Of a DNA stretch of 64,000 nucleotides, positions 1 to 13,141 are shown piece by piece; positions within the stretch are counted from its first letter, which is position 1; every line of letters starts with the position of its first letter. The position numbers and the translations under genes were made by a program. The DNA is from Lama glama (taxonomy: Eukaryota), in contig CM052816.1 in assembly GCA_028534125.1 (NCBI GenBank), positions 1,116,001-1,180,000 on the forward strand, read 5' to 3'. Under the pieces are notes generated by a model. The model was not told where the DNA came from. It saw nothing but the letters and a program-made list of their open reading frames with translations, and did no database searches.

Positions 1-299
1 CAGAATATGCATCTTTACATTAAGAGTAAAAGTCAAAGGATGAAATGACAGACTGAGCCCTCTCGTCTCCTGGAGGGTGGTTTGGGGAGGTTAATGAAAT
101 AAGAAGCGGACTATGAAGTATTGTAGTGAGAGAAGGGATGATTCAAGTTTATATAAGATTTATTTTTAAATGTATTCTTTGGAGTTAGTCTCACAGTGTC
201 CATTCCTCTAGCTCCCGTGCTCTAAATTCCGTGACACTAATAAACATCTTAATATCCTGGTAGTCGCTCTTTGTCTTCTTTTAAATTACATCCCGACTC

Positions 300-422
300 C
301 AGGTCGTCAGGGCGGCTTAAGAGGAGATCCCAGAGCCCTATTCAAGAGATTCTGATTTAGCAGGTCCGGGACGGGACCAAGGATCTTCATTCTTAACCAG
401 CTTTCCAGGTGGTTCTGATGGA
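300..422. mobile_element. MER5A-like hAT-Charlie fragment
   Basis: agagattctgatttagcaggtccgggacgggaccaagg...ttccaggtggttctgatg. Similar copies at ~30350-30540, ~43640-43790 and ~54010-54160. Confidence 0.65.
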
Positions 423-1597
423 CTCTTTGGTCCTCTTACATCTTATTTTTCCTACACTTATTTTTCCCTTTACCCCAGCTTCCTCGCTTATTTTACATCT
501 TACGCTATATGTATGTTTCTAAGATAGTTTAAAACGTTTGAATGGGCCAGAATATCCATAATGAAAAACTGACCTGACGTCACCATAGTAATTCAGGGCC
601 ACCAAAAAGTTCCACATGGTTATCTAAGTTAATATACTTTTCTGGATGATACTTTAGCTAGATATGTTCTTAAATTTAAATAAACTTAAGTTTTTATATC
701 AGAAGTACTGTATGCTTAAGGCTGGGAAAGAAGAGAGTCCTGTAATGAAAAGCTGCAGCCCCCTTCCTGCCCAATTACCTTAACCATTTCTGCTTTAACT
801 TGTTATGGTTCCACCCATGTTGCTAAGTACTGTGTTACACCAAAGACTTACGCCAGTTTTGATTTATCAGCTTTAGAAGTTATATGTTGATGCCTCTAGA
901 TAAAAGGATCGAATTTATAAAACATCCATCTCCCCTCCTACAACTTGCATTTTTCGTTATGACAATACTAATTTTAGTTCCTCTATTGATTATTCATAGC
1001 CCTTTGACTGAGGATTTTTCCCTCTAGGAATTCATCACATAGAAAGACTCATGAGTGCCCATAAAGTTTATTTATAAGGTGGGTAATCACAAAACTTTCA
1101 TAATAGTGAAAAAAATTTTTAAACTTGAAGGGGAGTGGAACCTGACTATCAGATTTAGATGCCACTTGAGTACACAGATTGAAGTTTCTATTTCCTACAC
1201 AAAACTAAACTTTATCACTTTCCATCAAAATGCTTTATCAATAAGTATAAATATATACCTTCTTTTCTTTAAAAATATAGTGAGAAAATGTCAGTCCTAA
1301 TTTTTCCTACTATAATCTAACATCAAGAGCAGGGGGAGATTTCCAAAACTAATACAGGAATAAATCTGGAAGAGTATGTATAAACTTTACTATGTATGCA
1401 TATAAAAAGACAGGAAGAAAGCGGGGATGGGAGCAGAGCATGTATGAAGCCTGGGATCTAACCATACAAGCGCAAGACTAGGATGAAACGCCAGAAGCAA
1501 GTGACCTTTGATAGCCAGTCTTTTGTTAGGTCCACTAGAACTTCCTCCTACACTAAATTCATTCATTTCTGCTCTGAAACAGAAACCCAAAGGACAC

Positions 1598-2267
1598 TTT
1601 TTTAAATTGAGTTATAGTCAGCTTACAATGCTGTGTCAATTTCTGGCATACAGCACAGTTTTTCAGTCATACATGAATATACATATATTCATTTTCATAT
1701 TCTTTTTCCCCGTGAGCTACTGTAAGATCTTGAATATATTTCCCTGTGCTATACAGTATAAACTTGTTTATCTATTCTATATATAACTCCCAATTTGTCC
1801 CTTCCTACCCCTCTCCCCTCAAGCAACCACAAGTCTGTATTCTATGTCTGTGAGTCTGTTTCTGTTTTATATTTAAGTTCATTTGTCTTTTTTTTTAGAT
1901 TCCACATATGAGTGATAGCATATGGTATTTTTCTTTCTCTTTCTGGCTTACTTCACTTAGAATGACATTCTCCAGGGACATCCATGTTGCTGCAAATGGC
2001 ATTATGTTTTTTATGGCTGAATAGTATTCCATTGTATAAATATACCACAACTTCTTTATCCAGTCATCTGTTGATGGACATTTAGGTTGTTTCCATGTCT
2101 TGGCTATTGTAAATAGTGCTGCTGTGAACATTAGGGCGCAGGTATCTTTTTGAATTAGGGTTCCTTCTGGATATATGCCCAGGAGTGCGATTACTGAGTC
2201 ATATGGTAAGTCTATTCCTAGTTTTTTTTAAGGAATCACCATACTGTTTTCCACAATGGCTGCACCA
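1598..2267 (-). mobile_element. 5'-truncated L1 (ORF2 C-terminus plus 3' UTR), camelid-type
   Basis: ORF 1895-2131 MFTAALFTIAKTWKQPKCPS...YHMLSLICGI is the L1 ORF2p C-terminus. 14-bp target-site duplication ccaaaggacacttt at 1587-1600 and 2268-2281. Confidence 0.93.
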
Positions 2268-4382
2268 CCAAAGGACACTTTAAAGGAAATAGCTAACTGA
2301 ACTTTTAATTCATTTTCAAATTTTACAACAATTTTTTTCCCCTGATCAAATGAAAGAGACTGCAGTGTCTGCTAAAAAGAAGAGGAACTTAGATTTTTTT
2401 TTTATTTTAAAGAATCTCCCACAGTGGTACATATACTGGCTCATGTAAGTTCTATGTGTTGGTTTCTTTTTCTCCCACGGAAGAGATCATTGTCTTTCTT
2501 ACATTTTCACAATATAATTAAGGTCATTGATAAATTGCAAAAGGGAGTCAAGACAGCATAAATCTTCATGGCCAGCAGATGTCACTCTCAGTGCATGATT
2601 GGTTGAAAGCAAACAACTCTCATTACAGATTTTGCCAAATGCCTGATTTTAAGTATCTCTAGAAAAGAGATTAGTAGCTCAAATTAAAAATGCCCCACTT
2701 GAGCCTCTACTGGCACAAAATTGGTGACAACTCTGGTGGAGCCAATAACTACCAGCCTGCAAGAAATCATTGGGAAACAGTGGGAAAGGGAAGCTATAAA
2801 GGGCTTTTTGCCTGAAGTTGACTTGAGCACGTGGATTTTTGACATCTTGGCTGCTTTCCTAAGCCACCAAAAGCCACTTGAAGCAGGTAGATAGGTCAGC
2901 TTTTCAGACATGATCTAATGGGAACCAAAACCAAATAGACATACAGTTATAAAAGGTGAATTCTATGATGTGAATTATATCTCAGTTTGAAAAAAATAGG
3001 GTCTGGATATTTATAGTATAGTCTTTTTAGCACTAAATTATATCAAAATACTGTAAGCTTGGCTTTAATATCTGCCAAGCATTTAGAAAAGTCAGATTGG
3101 AAGCTTTCAAAGTCTACCTTAATATAATCAGCAGTATAAGGCAACTGTCAAAGTCATCATATTTTGTACTTTATCTTCTGAGAATATCTCCCTAGAACCT
3201 AAGGTTATTTCCCTTCTGTTTCACAGCTTTGCTCTAAGTCTTAGAGTAATTCAGAAATGGATTCCAGTCCTAGCTTAGCTATTGACTAGCAGGTTGAACT
3301 CTACTGCCGTCAGCATATAGGAATCAAGAGATCTGACGACCTGCCAGCCCTTATTTTGGCCTGCTCAGCACGGATTCATTCATTCACTCAGTTCTTTCAA
3401 TAGCACGCTTGTTTTTCTTTAAGGAACTGTCCTTACCCCACTGTCAGTCTGCATGCCCCCACCCCCACCCCAGCTAATCAGAGTCAGCTCCAGGACTTCT
3501 GCTGGGATTAATGGGGAAGATACTTGCTAAACTAGCAGGATGGGAGTCTGGAGCTTCCATTGATCGATCAGCTTTGCTGCCAGAGGGTGAAGCCACCAGA
3601 CGCGAAGCCAGCAGAGGCAAAGCTAAGACAAGGAAAGAGACAGATTCCTTACGACACTGCTTCAGCACCTAAATACAGTCATACTTTTTTACTTTTCAGT
3701 TTTATGAGCTAACAAATTCCCTCTTTTGCAGCTTCCTATCACATGCCACCAAGAGACCCACTTCATATGCTTCGTTTCCAATCTTATTCCATGATTATGA
3801 ATGGCTAATGAGAAAGTTCTGACTCCATTCCTTTTACTATGTGATTCTGGACGCTTGTGGAGGCTGGAGAGCAGGACTTAATGTGTCCTGAGCCTTAGTT
3901 TTCTCCCCTACAAGATAAAACAGACAAGTTTTTCCTAAAGAAACTTTTTTTTTCCCCACAGAGGCCATATTTCATTTGCTTAATTTTGGAATTTTGGTGG
4001 CCCTGACATAAGTAGAAAGAACCTTTCATAGATATAAACAGAAAAGGAGACTTTTGTTGTTTTTTTTGTTTTTGTTTTGAGTTTTTTGTGATGGCATCAG
4101 CTTGATTTCAGGAACAATCACAGGTCTTATGTATCGTTTCCTTCTACTAACAGAAAGCCTAACCTATAATTTTGGAGACTCATCCTTTATCAGGTTAACC
4201 GTTTTATCCTGGTACTAATATTTATCCACATTTTCAGGAGGCCTTTATCCCCAGTGCTTTACTATGCAGGGTCTCATACCAACAAGTTGGAAGAGGGGTA
4301 CAATGAACACTCAGAGGACTATTTTCTGGATTCAAAAATTAACATTTTGTTATAGCTGTTTATATAAATGTATAGGTATCCA

Positions 4383-5033
4383 TGTAGCAAACAGGGTCCA
4401 ATAAGAACAGAAACCATACCAATTTTTAAACAAAAAGAATCTACAAAAAAGAATCACTGACCAGGTATTGGAGAAGTTGAAAGGCAAAAGGGGGCGTGGA
4501 GGCGTCACAGGGATAGTAAATGCACGGAGCAGCCGGCATCACTAGGGCTAGATGAACAAAGAAGGGGGCGGGCACTGTCAAAAGGTGCAAAACTGGATGA
4601 GGGGTCCCTTGGAAGGGAGACTCGGCTCTCTGGGGAAGCGGCCCTGCCTGCCTGGTATTTCTTAGGCGCTTAAAGATCTAAAGAACGGGTTCCAGCCTGC
4701 CGGTGCTGCCATCTCTGAGCATGCGTGACAAGGCTGGCTCCGGAAACGTGAAGAAACTGAAAAAACAACTGAACTAACTCTCACCGCCAGAGTGAAGAAC
4801 CACAGCAGAGGCGATACTGACAACAGTAGGAAGCAAAAGAGGAAGGAGCAAGTCCTGGTCCTTCCTCTGGATTTCTGCTGTCTCTTGCATCCCTCATTTG
4901 CAGAGCCTAACAGAAAGCTGGGTGATAAAGAAATGAACTTTGTGGGGTCCCAGCCCAGCCTGACAAAGCAGATTACAGGAAGCACAGGAGGATGGGTGTG
5001 AAGCTGAAAGACAACCGCTTAATAACCAGTGCA
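4383..5033 (-). mobile_element. 3' LTR of the ERV-L provirus (LTR41/LTR52-like)
   Basis: On the minus strand it begins TGCACTGGTTATTAAG right after the polypurine tract agccaaaggggcagac (5034-5050) and ends ...GGACCCTGTTTGCTACA. Confidence 0.8.
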
Positions 5034-5851
5034 GTCTGCCCCTTTGGCTCTCCAGCATCCTCTATCCATAACTGAATTTCTGTACAATAAACATAGCTTT
5101 GTGGTTCTCTTAAGGTGTAACTGTCCTCTGTACAAATAAAGATGCTTTTGAGGAGACACAAAGTCTCATTTGAGACTTTCTTCTCAAATTTAGTTATTTG
5201 TCCCATTAATTATTCTGTTGCCTAAAAACTCACCCCAACAGCCAAGTTCTTTGTGGCGTTGATGGGGGTTGGGGGGTACAGAAGAGGTCTCCAGGTATAA
5301 ATCATCCATCTCACTGCTGCAGCAGACAATGATGAGAGGTGGACACACGCCACCCTGAAACTCCTCAGACACACAAAGCAGCACCAGCCATCAGATGCGC
5401 CATGTTTTGACCAGGCCAGTTTCAGGCCCACTGGCATTGGCCCTCACAGCACAGGCAGAAAACGGTCACCAGCGTCTCAGCTTCCAGCGCAGGAAAGACG
5501 CTGTTACGTCTCTCGGTGAAAGCATTCTTCCCTTGGGAGCCAAGACTTCCAAACTATCGGTCGCAGTTGCGGCAACAGGAAGCAAAAATTCGGTGAATTA
5601 CTAGGTGCCCATCCCTTGATTCCTGGACCAATGCATTCTGGCATGGGGGGGAAAAGCATATTCATTGGTTATCAATTCAAAGCATATATTACATCCTATA
5701 AGGCAGAACCTTATCTTTTAGGTTATTTTCTCCCAGTTGCAAGTAAGTGAGTCTTAATCATTCTGGCATTCTAACAGACCAGGCGCTTCTGAGTGATGAA
5801 GTCCACGACAAGGCCAATAAATGCCACAGGCGTCAGTCTGCTGCCACGCTC

Positions 5852-6215
5852 TGTTAGGTGTCTGTGTCTACCCCCAAATTCATATGGTGAACACTAACCC
5901 CCAATGTGTGATTGTTTGAAGATGTGGCTTTTGGGAGGTAATAAGGTTTAGATGAAGTCATGAGGGTGAGAGTCTGGCCCAGTAGGATTAATGCCTTCAT
6001 GAAAGGCTTGCTCTCTCTCTGATGTACAAAGAAGGGGTCATGTGAACACACACAAAGATGGCAGCCTCCTACAAGCCAAGAAATGAGGCCTCAGAATTAA
6101 ACCTACCTTGCTCACCTTGACCTTGGACTTACTGGCCTCCAGAACCGAGAAGTTTCTGGTGTTTAAGCCACCCAGTCTATGTATTTCCTTATGGCAGTCC
6201 AAGCAGACTGATGCA
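5852..6215 (+). mobile_element. MaLR solo LTR (MLT1A/B-like) inserted in the ERV-L
   Basis: cccccaaattcatatg...tttaagccacccagtctatg...; TG...CA ends; 5-bp TSD cgctc at 5847-51 and 6216-20. Confidence 0.88.
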
Positions 6216-7829
6216 CGCTCCTTTGCTATTGCATGATAAGATGAACGTGGTGCAGGATTCCACGACAGTCACTGAGGCTGGCAGAAGTACTAAAGACAAA
6301 GCCACATCCAGATTACGTGTCTTTTCCAGTGTGAGTAAATGGCTGCCCCTTCCGTGTCAGCATGGCCTATTGTAATAAAACTGCCACCATGTGCCCATAT
6401 CAGGTCTCGGCGGTTGGCAGGTCAGGTGCCCAGTGGGTCTGTCTTTTGGAGGAAAGTCCATGTTGTTGAGCCTCCATCCTTGCCAATATGGCCATTCTTG
6501 TACACGGGCCCACCGGGCAGTCACTGGGATGACGGGGAAAGAGGCTGACTAATAGCTGCCAAGTACATCTTGTCCTCCTGATTACTGAGAGCTTCCTTAT
6601 TAGCTTAGGGTCAGCAAGGCCATCGGGAGGTCCTCAAGCCAAAGTCAGCTGTCGTAAGAGACCCAAATGTCCCAGGAATAGGCCTGCCTTAGGGTCCCTG
6701 CCACTCAAGTCATTTGCTGGGAGCAGCCCGTGGGAAGTGTGAGCCGGCCCAGGTGCACTGGTGAGTGTCAGAGGGCAGCAGCCAGGGCTCTGCTTAACTA
6801 TGTTCCCCTTAGTTGCATGTCTGCAAAGTACATTCTCTTCATTGCACAGAGTCCTTTGGTGAGCATCTACCTGGAGCACAATTATCTTCAGTTCTCCACC
6901 TATTCTGTGAAGTCCATCTACATGTCTCACCACCAGACCTCCTTGTCCCTTGTCTTCTCAATCTGTTCTTTCCAAGACCCTCACTCTCCATCAAACCATT
7001 AGTAACTGCCCTTGAACACAAGAGTTTAGATCCATACTTCTGGAGAGTGCTCAGTTTAGATGTAGCAGACTACCAAATGTCCTGCTCAAAATCCTGCTCC
7101 CTGGGGAGATGTCCCTTCATTAGGATCTCTCAGAGACAAACCTGAGTGGGACTGTAATGCTGCAGCAGTTTCAGTAGCAACCGGCTGGTATTGTAACTGG
7201 GCCAAATAAACACCTACTCAGGCAAATTGCCTGTGCCTTCCAGGCCTGCTTGACCTCTGTCCTTCATACATACCTTTTCTGCTTCATGAGACATTGCTGT
7301 TGTGCACAATCCAATGTATGGCCTGCTGGATCGCAGAGCACCCAACCCCATGGTGAGGTGCTCAGCTTTGACAGGGCAAAGTTCTCACTCTGGTGGACCA
7401 CAGTAGCAGACCAGGAGCTATTTCTCAGAAGGAGAATAGTTATCTTCGAAAGACGGTGTGGATTTGTTCCAAAATCCCAGACATCTATGCTTCGAAACTC
7501 CTAGATGTCTGGGATTTGCCAAAAGACCCCATACAGAATCTCTTGTTTGTCACATTCAAGTGTCGTGGGATCTGCTGGGGCTTCAGTCTCAAGTGGCAGC
7601 AGAGAAGCCACCACTACAGCATGGACTTGCTGCAGGCCCTTTTGGCGCTCTGGTCTCCACTCAGAACTGGCAGTGTCACACGTCAGAGTGACACTCCAAT
7701 GTGCTATATGTTGCCTTCAAAAGCCACAAGGCCCATCAAGCATTGTGCCTCTGTTGTAGCGGCAAGTGATGCAGGGCACCGCAACTTGTCTTCCACCTTG
7801 AAAGGACTACTGTGACGGACAACGGTACT

Positions 7830-8050
7830 GTATTATAATTATCAAATTCATTAAGGAACAAGACCTTAATTATTCCCATTACAAAAAAGAAATGACAAAT
7901 TATGTGACGTGATAACCGTCACTATCACTACCATGGGACTTACATTACAATTTATAAATGTTATCAAATCAACATGTTGTACACCTGAAATTGACAATGT
8001 TATATATCAAATATATTTCAATGTAAAAAAGGTGAATTTTTTTTAAAAAG
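7830..8050 (+). mobile_element. L1MA-type 3' end fragment inside ERV-L pol
   Basis: atcaaatcaacatgttgtacacctgaaattgacaatgttatatatcaaatatatttcaat followed by an A-rich tail. Confidence 0.7.
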
Positions 8051-10020
8051 GAATGGATTACTGTAACATGCTCCAGACCGTCGCACATCAGAAACTTCAC
8101 CAAGATGGATGAGTCCCTGAATTTTTATGAGGTTTGTCTCCTACTTTCTGACATGCCCTTTTACTAATGCATCTGAAATCCTTGCTACTGTCTTCTTATC
8201 AGATCTCATCTGTATGTCATCAGTGAAGTGGACAAGTTTGATGTCTTATGAAATGTCATGATCAAGATCTCTGCAGATTGGATTATCAGAGATGTTAAAC
8301 AGGTCACTGTACGGCAGGACGGGAAGGTGATCTCTTGGTTCTGCAAGGTGAATAAGACCCAGGTGTGGTGTTCACTGCAAGCTGATATGGGAGAGTAGGC
8401 AGGGAGCATTTACCACATCTCTGATGGTACACGGCATAACCCTGTAACAAGGGTTCTGCTGATTCTCACAGAGACACCACATCTGGCACAGCATCCGCAG
8501 TTGGAGTCATTAGCTGTTTAAGTTTACAGTAATCCACAGTCACTCTCCAGACCCAACAACATTACTCACAGGGAAAGCAGATGAGTTTAAATGGGGATGT
8601 GATAGATATTAAGCCTATGGTGGGGGCACTAATCTCTGAAACTTCTTCTAGCAATGAGGTATTGCTTTTGGTTTATTACCTTGGTGAGGAAGGGAATTTC
8701 TAGGGACTTCTACTTGGCACTTTTAACCAAAACAGCCCTCACTCCCTGGATCAGAGAGCCAAGCTGGGGATTCTGCCAGTAATTGAGTATGTTTATTCCA
8801 ATTACACATTCAAGAACTGGAGCTAAAACCCCGGGGTTCACAGACCTATAGACTCTCTGTAATTTCAACCTAGTCCAATACCCCATCCATCACCTGACCG
8901 CCACTGGTTCTCACTTTGACATCACACAGCTGAATTGGAAGCTAAGACTATAACTTAATAACCAACTGTGTGTGAGAGTGTGTGCAAGTGTGAGTGTGTC
9001 TGGGGTGGGGGCTCAGGGGTGAGGGCGTTCACGTGTGGATGTTTGTGTGTGTTTCCTGAGCCATTTTAAAGTAAGTTCCCAACATCATGTCTCTTCATGC
9101 ATCTCCTAATAAAGACATTATCCTACATAACCACAAAACCACTATTCACACATAAGAAAATGAACAACAATTCCCTAATTTTATCTAATACTCAGACCAT
9201 ATTCAAAGTTCTTCCAGTTTCCCCCAAAATATCTTTTATTCCTCATTTTTTGAGCCACCTATTAATATTTTTATGATATTAACATTTAGAAGAATGTCTC
9301 ACTCTCTGAATTGACTGTTTCCTCCTGGGTCATTTAACTAGCATCTCTATTCCCTATGCTTTCTGCTAATCAGAGGTTAGATGTGAAGGCTAAATTATAT
9401 TTAGGTTAAAACTCTGGCTACATCAGATAACGTCGGGTTGTTATGCCCTTGGTAATGTCAAATTTCCTTACTTGGTTAACAGAGTGGCCACCAAGTCTCT
9501 CCATTATAAAGGTATGTTTTTCCCACTGAGCTTTTAAGAGTGTTTATTTTTAACATGTAATACAGGCATATGGTAAATTGAGACAGTGTGCAGTGAAGGC
9601 TGTACCTCCCACCCCATCTCTCAGCTCCACAGTTCTCCCAAGAGGCAGCCACCAGTACCACACTCTGTGTCTTTAAAGAGTGGTTACATACAAACGTGTG
9701 TGTCTGTGTGTCTATGTGCGTAACCTTTTTTCTTCATAAGCAGTAGCACATTAGACACATTTTTGTCTGCTTTAATGTTTTTAATTTATATCATACCCAT
9801 AATAAATTAAGTCGAGGAGGCATGTAGAGCTAAGTGTCTTCTGAGTGTTATTCAAAAGAAGTAGAAGTCTAGTAGAAGATAAGGCATTTCTTTCTAGCCC
9901 CTGACTAAATCTCATTTATACAGCTTCGTCATGCCTCATTTTCTCAGTCTGGGGTTTCTGCTTTTCTTCTCAAAAGGCAGGGATAGACCCTGTATTTCTC
10001 ATATTCTCTCTCAAAATGAC

Positions 10021-11534
10021 GCTGGCAAACGTGGCAAAGCTTTGGTTTCTATACTCATTCATCTACTGTCTCTAAGCTTGATTCTACAAAGCAAAAGCCT
10101 CTAGACTTTCTTAGATCTCCCTCAAATCAAATGTCTGCTCATTTCTGATCCACATACTGAGTTGAGAAACCTCACCAAGAGCTTTTTGCGTAAGATTTCA
10201 AGACGAAGTCTCTCCAACTGAGGCCCTTCAAATCGCATCTGGAAACTAATTGGATTTTTCTGGGTCATTTCTGTTGAATATAAGTGGTGTCTATTTTGGT
10301 CTGACTTTATTTGCGCTGGGACTGTAGGGGGCTCAGACCTTTAACTCTCCTGAAACCTTAGGCCAGAAGAGGCTTTCAGAACTCTCTGGCTCTTCTCCTT
10401 CCCATGAAGACCTGCACTGCTTGTTGAGGCCCTCTGCCCTGCTAGAAATGGAGGAACTTGTGCCCGGGTGACATCTGACTCGCATCCCAACCGTGCCCCT
10501 CACTCACTCACTGTGTAATCTGGGGAAGACGGCCTTGCTTCCACGCCTCAGTTCCCTCGGCTGTACAGTGGGGAGGAGACTCATCCCAAACTTGGAAGAC
10601 TGCAACAGACTTCTCTTGGAAACCTTTTTGTTTTAAAGAAAGTATATCATTGTCGGGGGTTTATTATTACTCTTTAAACTCTCTGCCACTTCCCCAGATC
10701 TAGCTCATCCATTGGAACGAAGGAAGGATTTCCAAGAACTGCAACACAGCATTTCCTTCTTTTTTATTTTATTGAGGGGAGGGCTGTTGACTAAATAATA
10801 GATTTCCATGGTTTTAAAACCCAAACTGTTCCAAAATTCATAAGTGAAAAAATAAGTCTTCTTCCTACTGCTGTTTTCCAGTTCCCTTCTCCAGAGACAA
10901 CTTCTGGTGTTAACAATTGTTGCATCTCCTTCTAGAGAGAGATTAAACTCACGCATCCATGTGTGTCTGTGTGTGTTTTCCTCACCTCTTTTTTAACTTG
11001 AATGGTAGCAAACTATACACATTGTTCTGCTCCTCATTTTTCTCAGCAAACAACATACGATGGAGATAATTTCGTAATAGTACATACAGCTCTGCCTCTA
11101 TGTACGGGTGTATAATGATTTATTTAATTGGTCCCCAGTTCCTTGGCATTTATATTGTTTCCAGTCTTTCATTAGTTCCAACACTTGCAATGAATACCCT
11201 TATAAACATTCCCAGGATAGGTTACTGGAGATACAGCAGCCATGTCAAAAAATAAATGGTGTATTTCACATGTTTGTAAGTCTGCAGAGCTTCCCTTGCA
11301 GTCCACCTATCGTCTTGTTTCGCTCTAAGTGACATAATACACAGAGCAGCCAACCTTCACTCCACCATCACAGTCTTTCCGTGCAATGGCAGCAAGTCCC
11401 CTCTATTACCAGCTGTCTCCCGGTGCCGCCACATTAGTAAGACCCCATCTGGAATGATCTCATTCTGGAGCACTTTACAGCCCCAAAGTCTCTTGTTGAA
11501 AGTAAGCATTGACAGCTTGGATCTTGGCCATTAG
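10021..11534 (-). pseudogene. Probable decayed KRAB(-zinc finger) gene: KRAB-A-like exon 11534-11410, KRAB-B-like exon 10441-10350, linker-like exon from 10238 downward
   Basis: 125-nt exon between CAG and GTAATA reads LMAKIQAVNAYFQQETLGL*SAPE*DHS/DGVLLMWRHRETA-G, in register with KRAB-A. The next exon contains NKQCRSSWEGEEP. The third contains EAFAL*NQA*RQ*MNEYR. Multiple stops and indels. Confidence 0.5.
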
Positions 11535-11923
11535 CTGTTTGGAATGATTCACCAATTGTTTTTAAACACTCTTTTGAAACAAAATCGGAGCAAGGAAAGG
11601 TTGGAAAAGGCATAGAGGAAGGCCAGGAAGGCCCACGTTTTAATAATGCATGTAAGTCAAAAGATCTTAGACTTTGTCTTGACTCTACAACTAACAAGCA
11701 AGTCACTGAAGGTCTCTGGACCTCTTTGTCCTTGTGCGTGAAATGAAGACCATGGGCCAAATTATTTCTCAGGACCCTTCCTCCTCTGAGATTTGGAGAT
11801 TCAGATGCAGTATATGTTGGGGACACTTGTCCTCACAACCTCACCATTTTCAAAAAGCAAGAGATACCATGAATCAGTACTTGATTAATATCTAAAAAGG
11901 CGGTACAATTGAAAATATTCAGA

Positions 11924-12102
11924 CAGCGGTGTGCTGGTCAACAGGCTGGGGCTGGGGTAGGGGAAAGAGAGACTTGATTTGCAGTATTTGCTGATTTCCA
12001 TAATTGTTCCCACTATGACGATTTCAAATGCCAACATGATGTCACTAAACTCAAAGTTGGGAAGAGAGGCACAGCATTGGCTGCTGGCTCCGGAAAACCA
12101 CC
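11924..12102. mobile_element. MER63-like hAT-Blackjack element
   Basis: cagcggtgtgctggt...gtatttgctgatttccat...gatttcaaatgccaacatgatgtcactaaactcaaagttgggaagaga. Confidence 0.6.
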
Positions 12103-12921
12103 AGTTAGGGATTCAAAGAAAGCATTTTCTTCAGACTGTCCTGTGTTGAGACGACTTCATGAAAGAGAAGAGACATGAACCGGCCATTAACACGTAAACT
12201 GCTATGTCACCCAAATCCGGGTGATAATTGTATCTCCTCAGGGGCACCTGATCCACAGTAGGCAATCAGTGTGTTAAAGGATACTGCATTAGGACTCTTC
12301 CCATGGTAACTGACAGAAACGATCCAAACTAGCTTAAACAGAGAGAGAGAAAGAACATGAGAACGTGAGTGCTTTAGCACAAGTCCCTGCACGTGTCTCT
12401 AATGACGTGGCCATAGCCGTCTCTCTCCACCTATCAGTTCTTCTTGAATCTGCCCCTTCTTGTGTGTCAGTGTCACTGCCTCCTGCCACAAGCAGGCTCT
12501 CTCTAAGTGTCAGGCTCGCTGCTGGTGGCAACCCAGAGATAATGTCCTTACAGTTAACAATTCAGAAGAAAAACAGTGCCCTCTGATGCAGATCCCCTGG
12601 AAAGACTGACTGGCTCTGCTTGGGTCTCATATCCACAATCTGGGCTCTAAATTGGGCACAGAAGGAAAGGGTACCTGGTCCACACGCTTGTTTCCCTACC
12701 ACTCAAAATGCATGAGTCATCCAACTCAAATTCCCTAATGGACAGGGGGATGCTGGACAGATAAAAGCCATGAACTTCTAGTAGGCATATGGGTGAAGCT
12801 GTGTGGAGAGGTAGAATGGGTACTAGTTAGAAGGAACAGCGTAAGTGGAAGTGCAGAAATATAGAAGTTGAAGGTGCCTTTAAGAGCCAGCAAGAAGACC
12901 AAAGCAGGGCTACCAATGGGG

Positions 12922-13141
12922 CAGCAGACCTCAAAGGAGGGCAATTTTGCCCCTCTTGGGACACGTGGCAATGTATGGAGATATGTCTGGGTGTCACAAC
13001 TGGGGACGGAGGTCCAGTACTCCCGTCTAGAGGGCAGAAGCCAGAGATCCTGCTGAAAATCCTACAAGACACAGGACAGTCCCCACAATGAAGACTGATC
13101 CAGCCCAGATGCGAACACTGCTGAGGCTGAGAACCTCGCCA
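12922..13141. mobile_element. MER20 hAT-Charlie element
   Basis: gggcaattttgcccctcttgggacacgtggcaatgtatggaga...tgtcacaactgggg...cacaggacagtccccacaatgaag...gctgaggctgagaac. Confidence 0.85.

Larger units (their letters stand above)
5034..8940 (-). mobile_element. Decayed ERV-L internal region (protease, RT, RNase H, integrase)
   Basis: Minus-strand remnants: GGQVMDGVL and PVLECVIGINILNYWQNP (protease, ~8770-8910), WRVTVDYCKL (~8520-8550), LVHFTDDI (RT YxDD equivalent, ~8215-8240), GFWNKSTPSFEDNYSPSEK (~7420-7480), TWWQFYY and TGKDT*SGCGF (integrase, ~6295-6395). Many stops and frameshifts. Confidence 0.88.

Noticed and set aside
2405..2480. Possible C2H2 finger remnant on the minus strand (HRTYMSQYMYHCGRFF), plus a KLYK*DL...TQKT stretch near 9840-9930
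   Set aside because: Too short and degenerate to distinguish from chance; noted only as places to test for the missing finger array.
7250..7815. Plus-strand ORFs up to 140 aa
   Set aside because: Antisense to decayed ERV-L pol; no recognisable protein.
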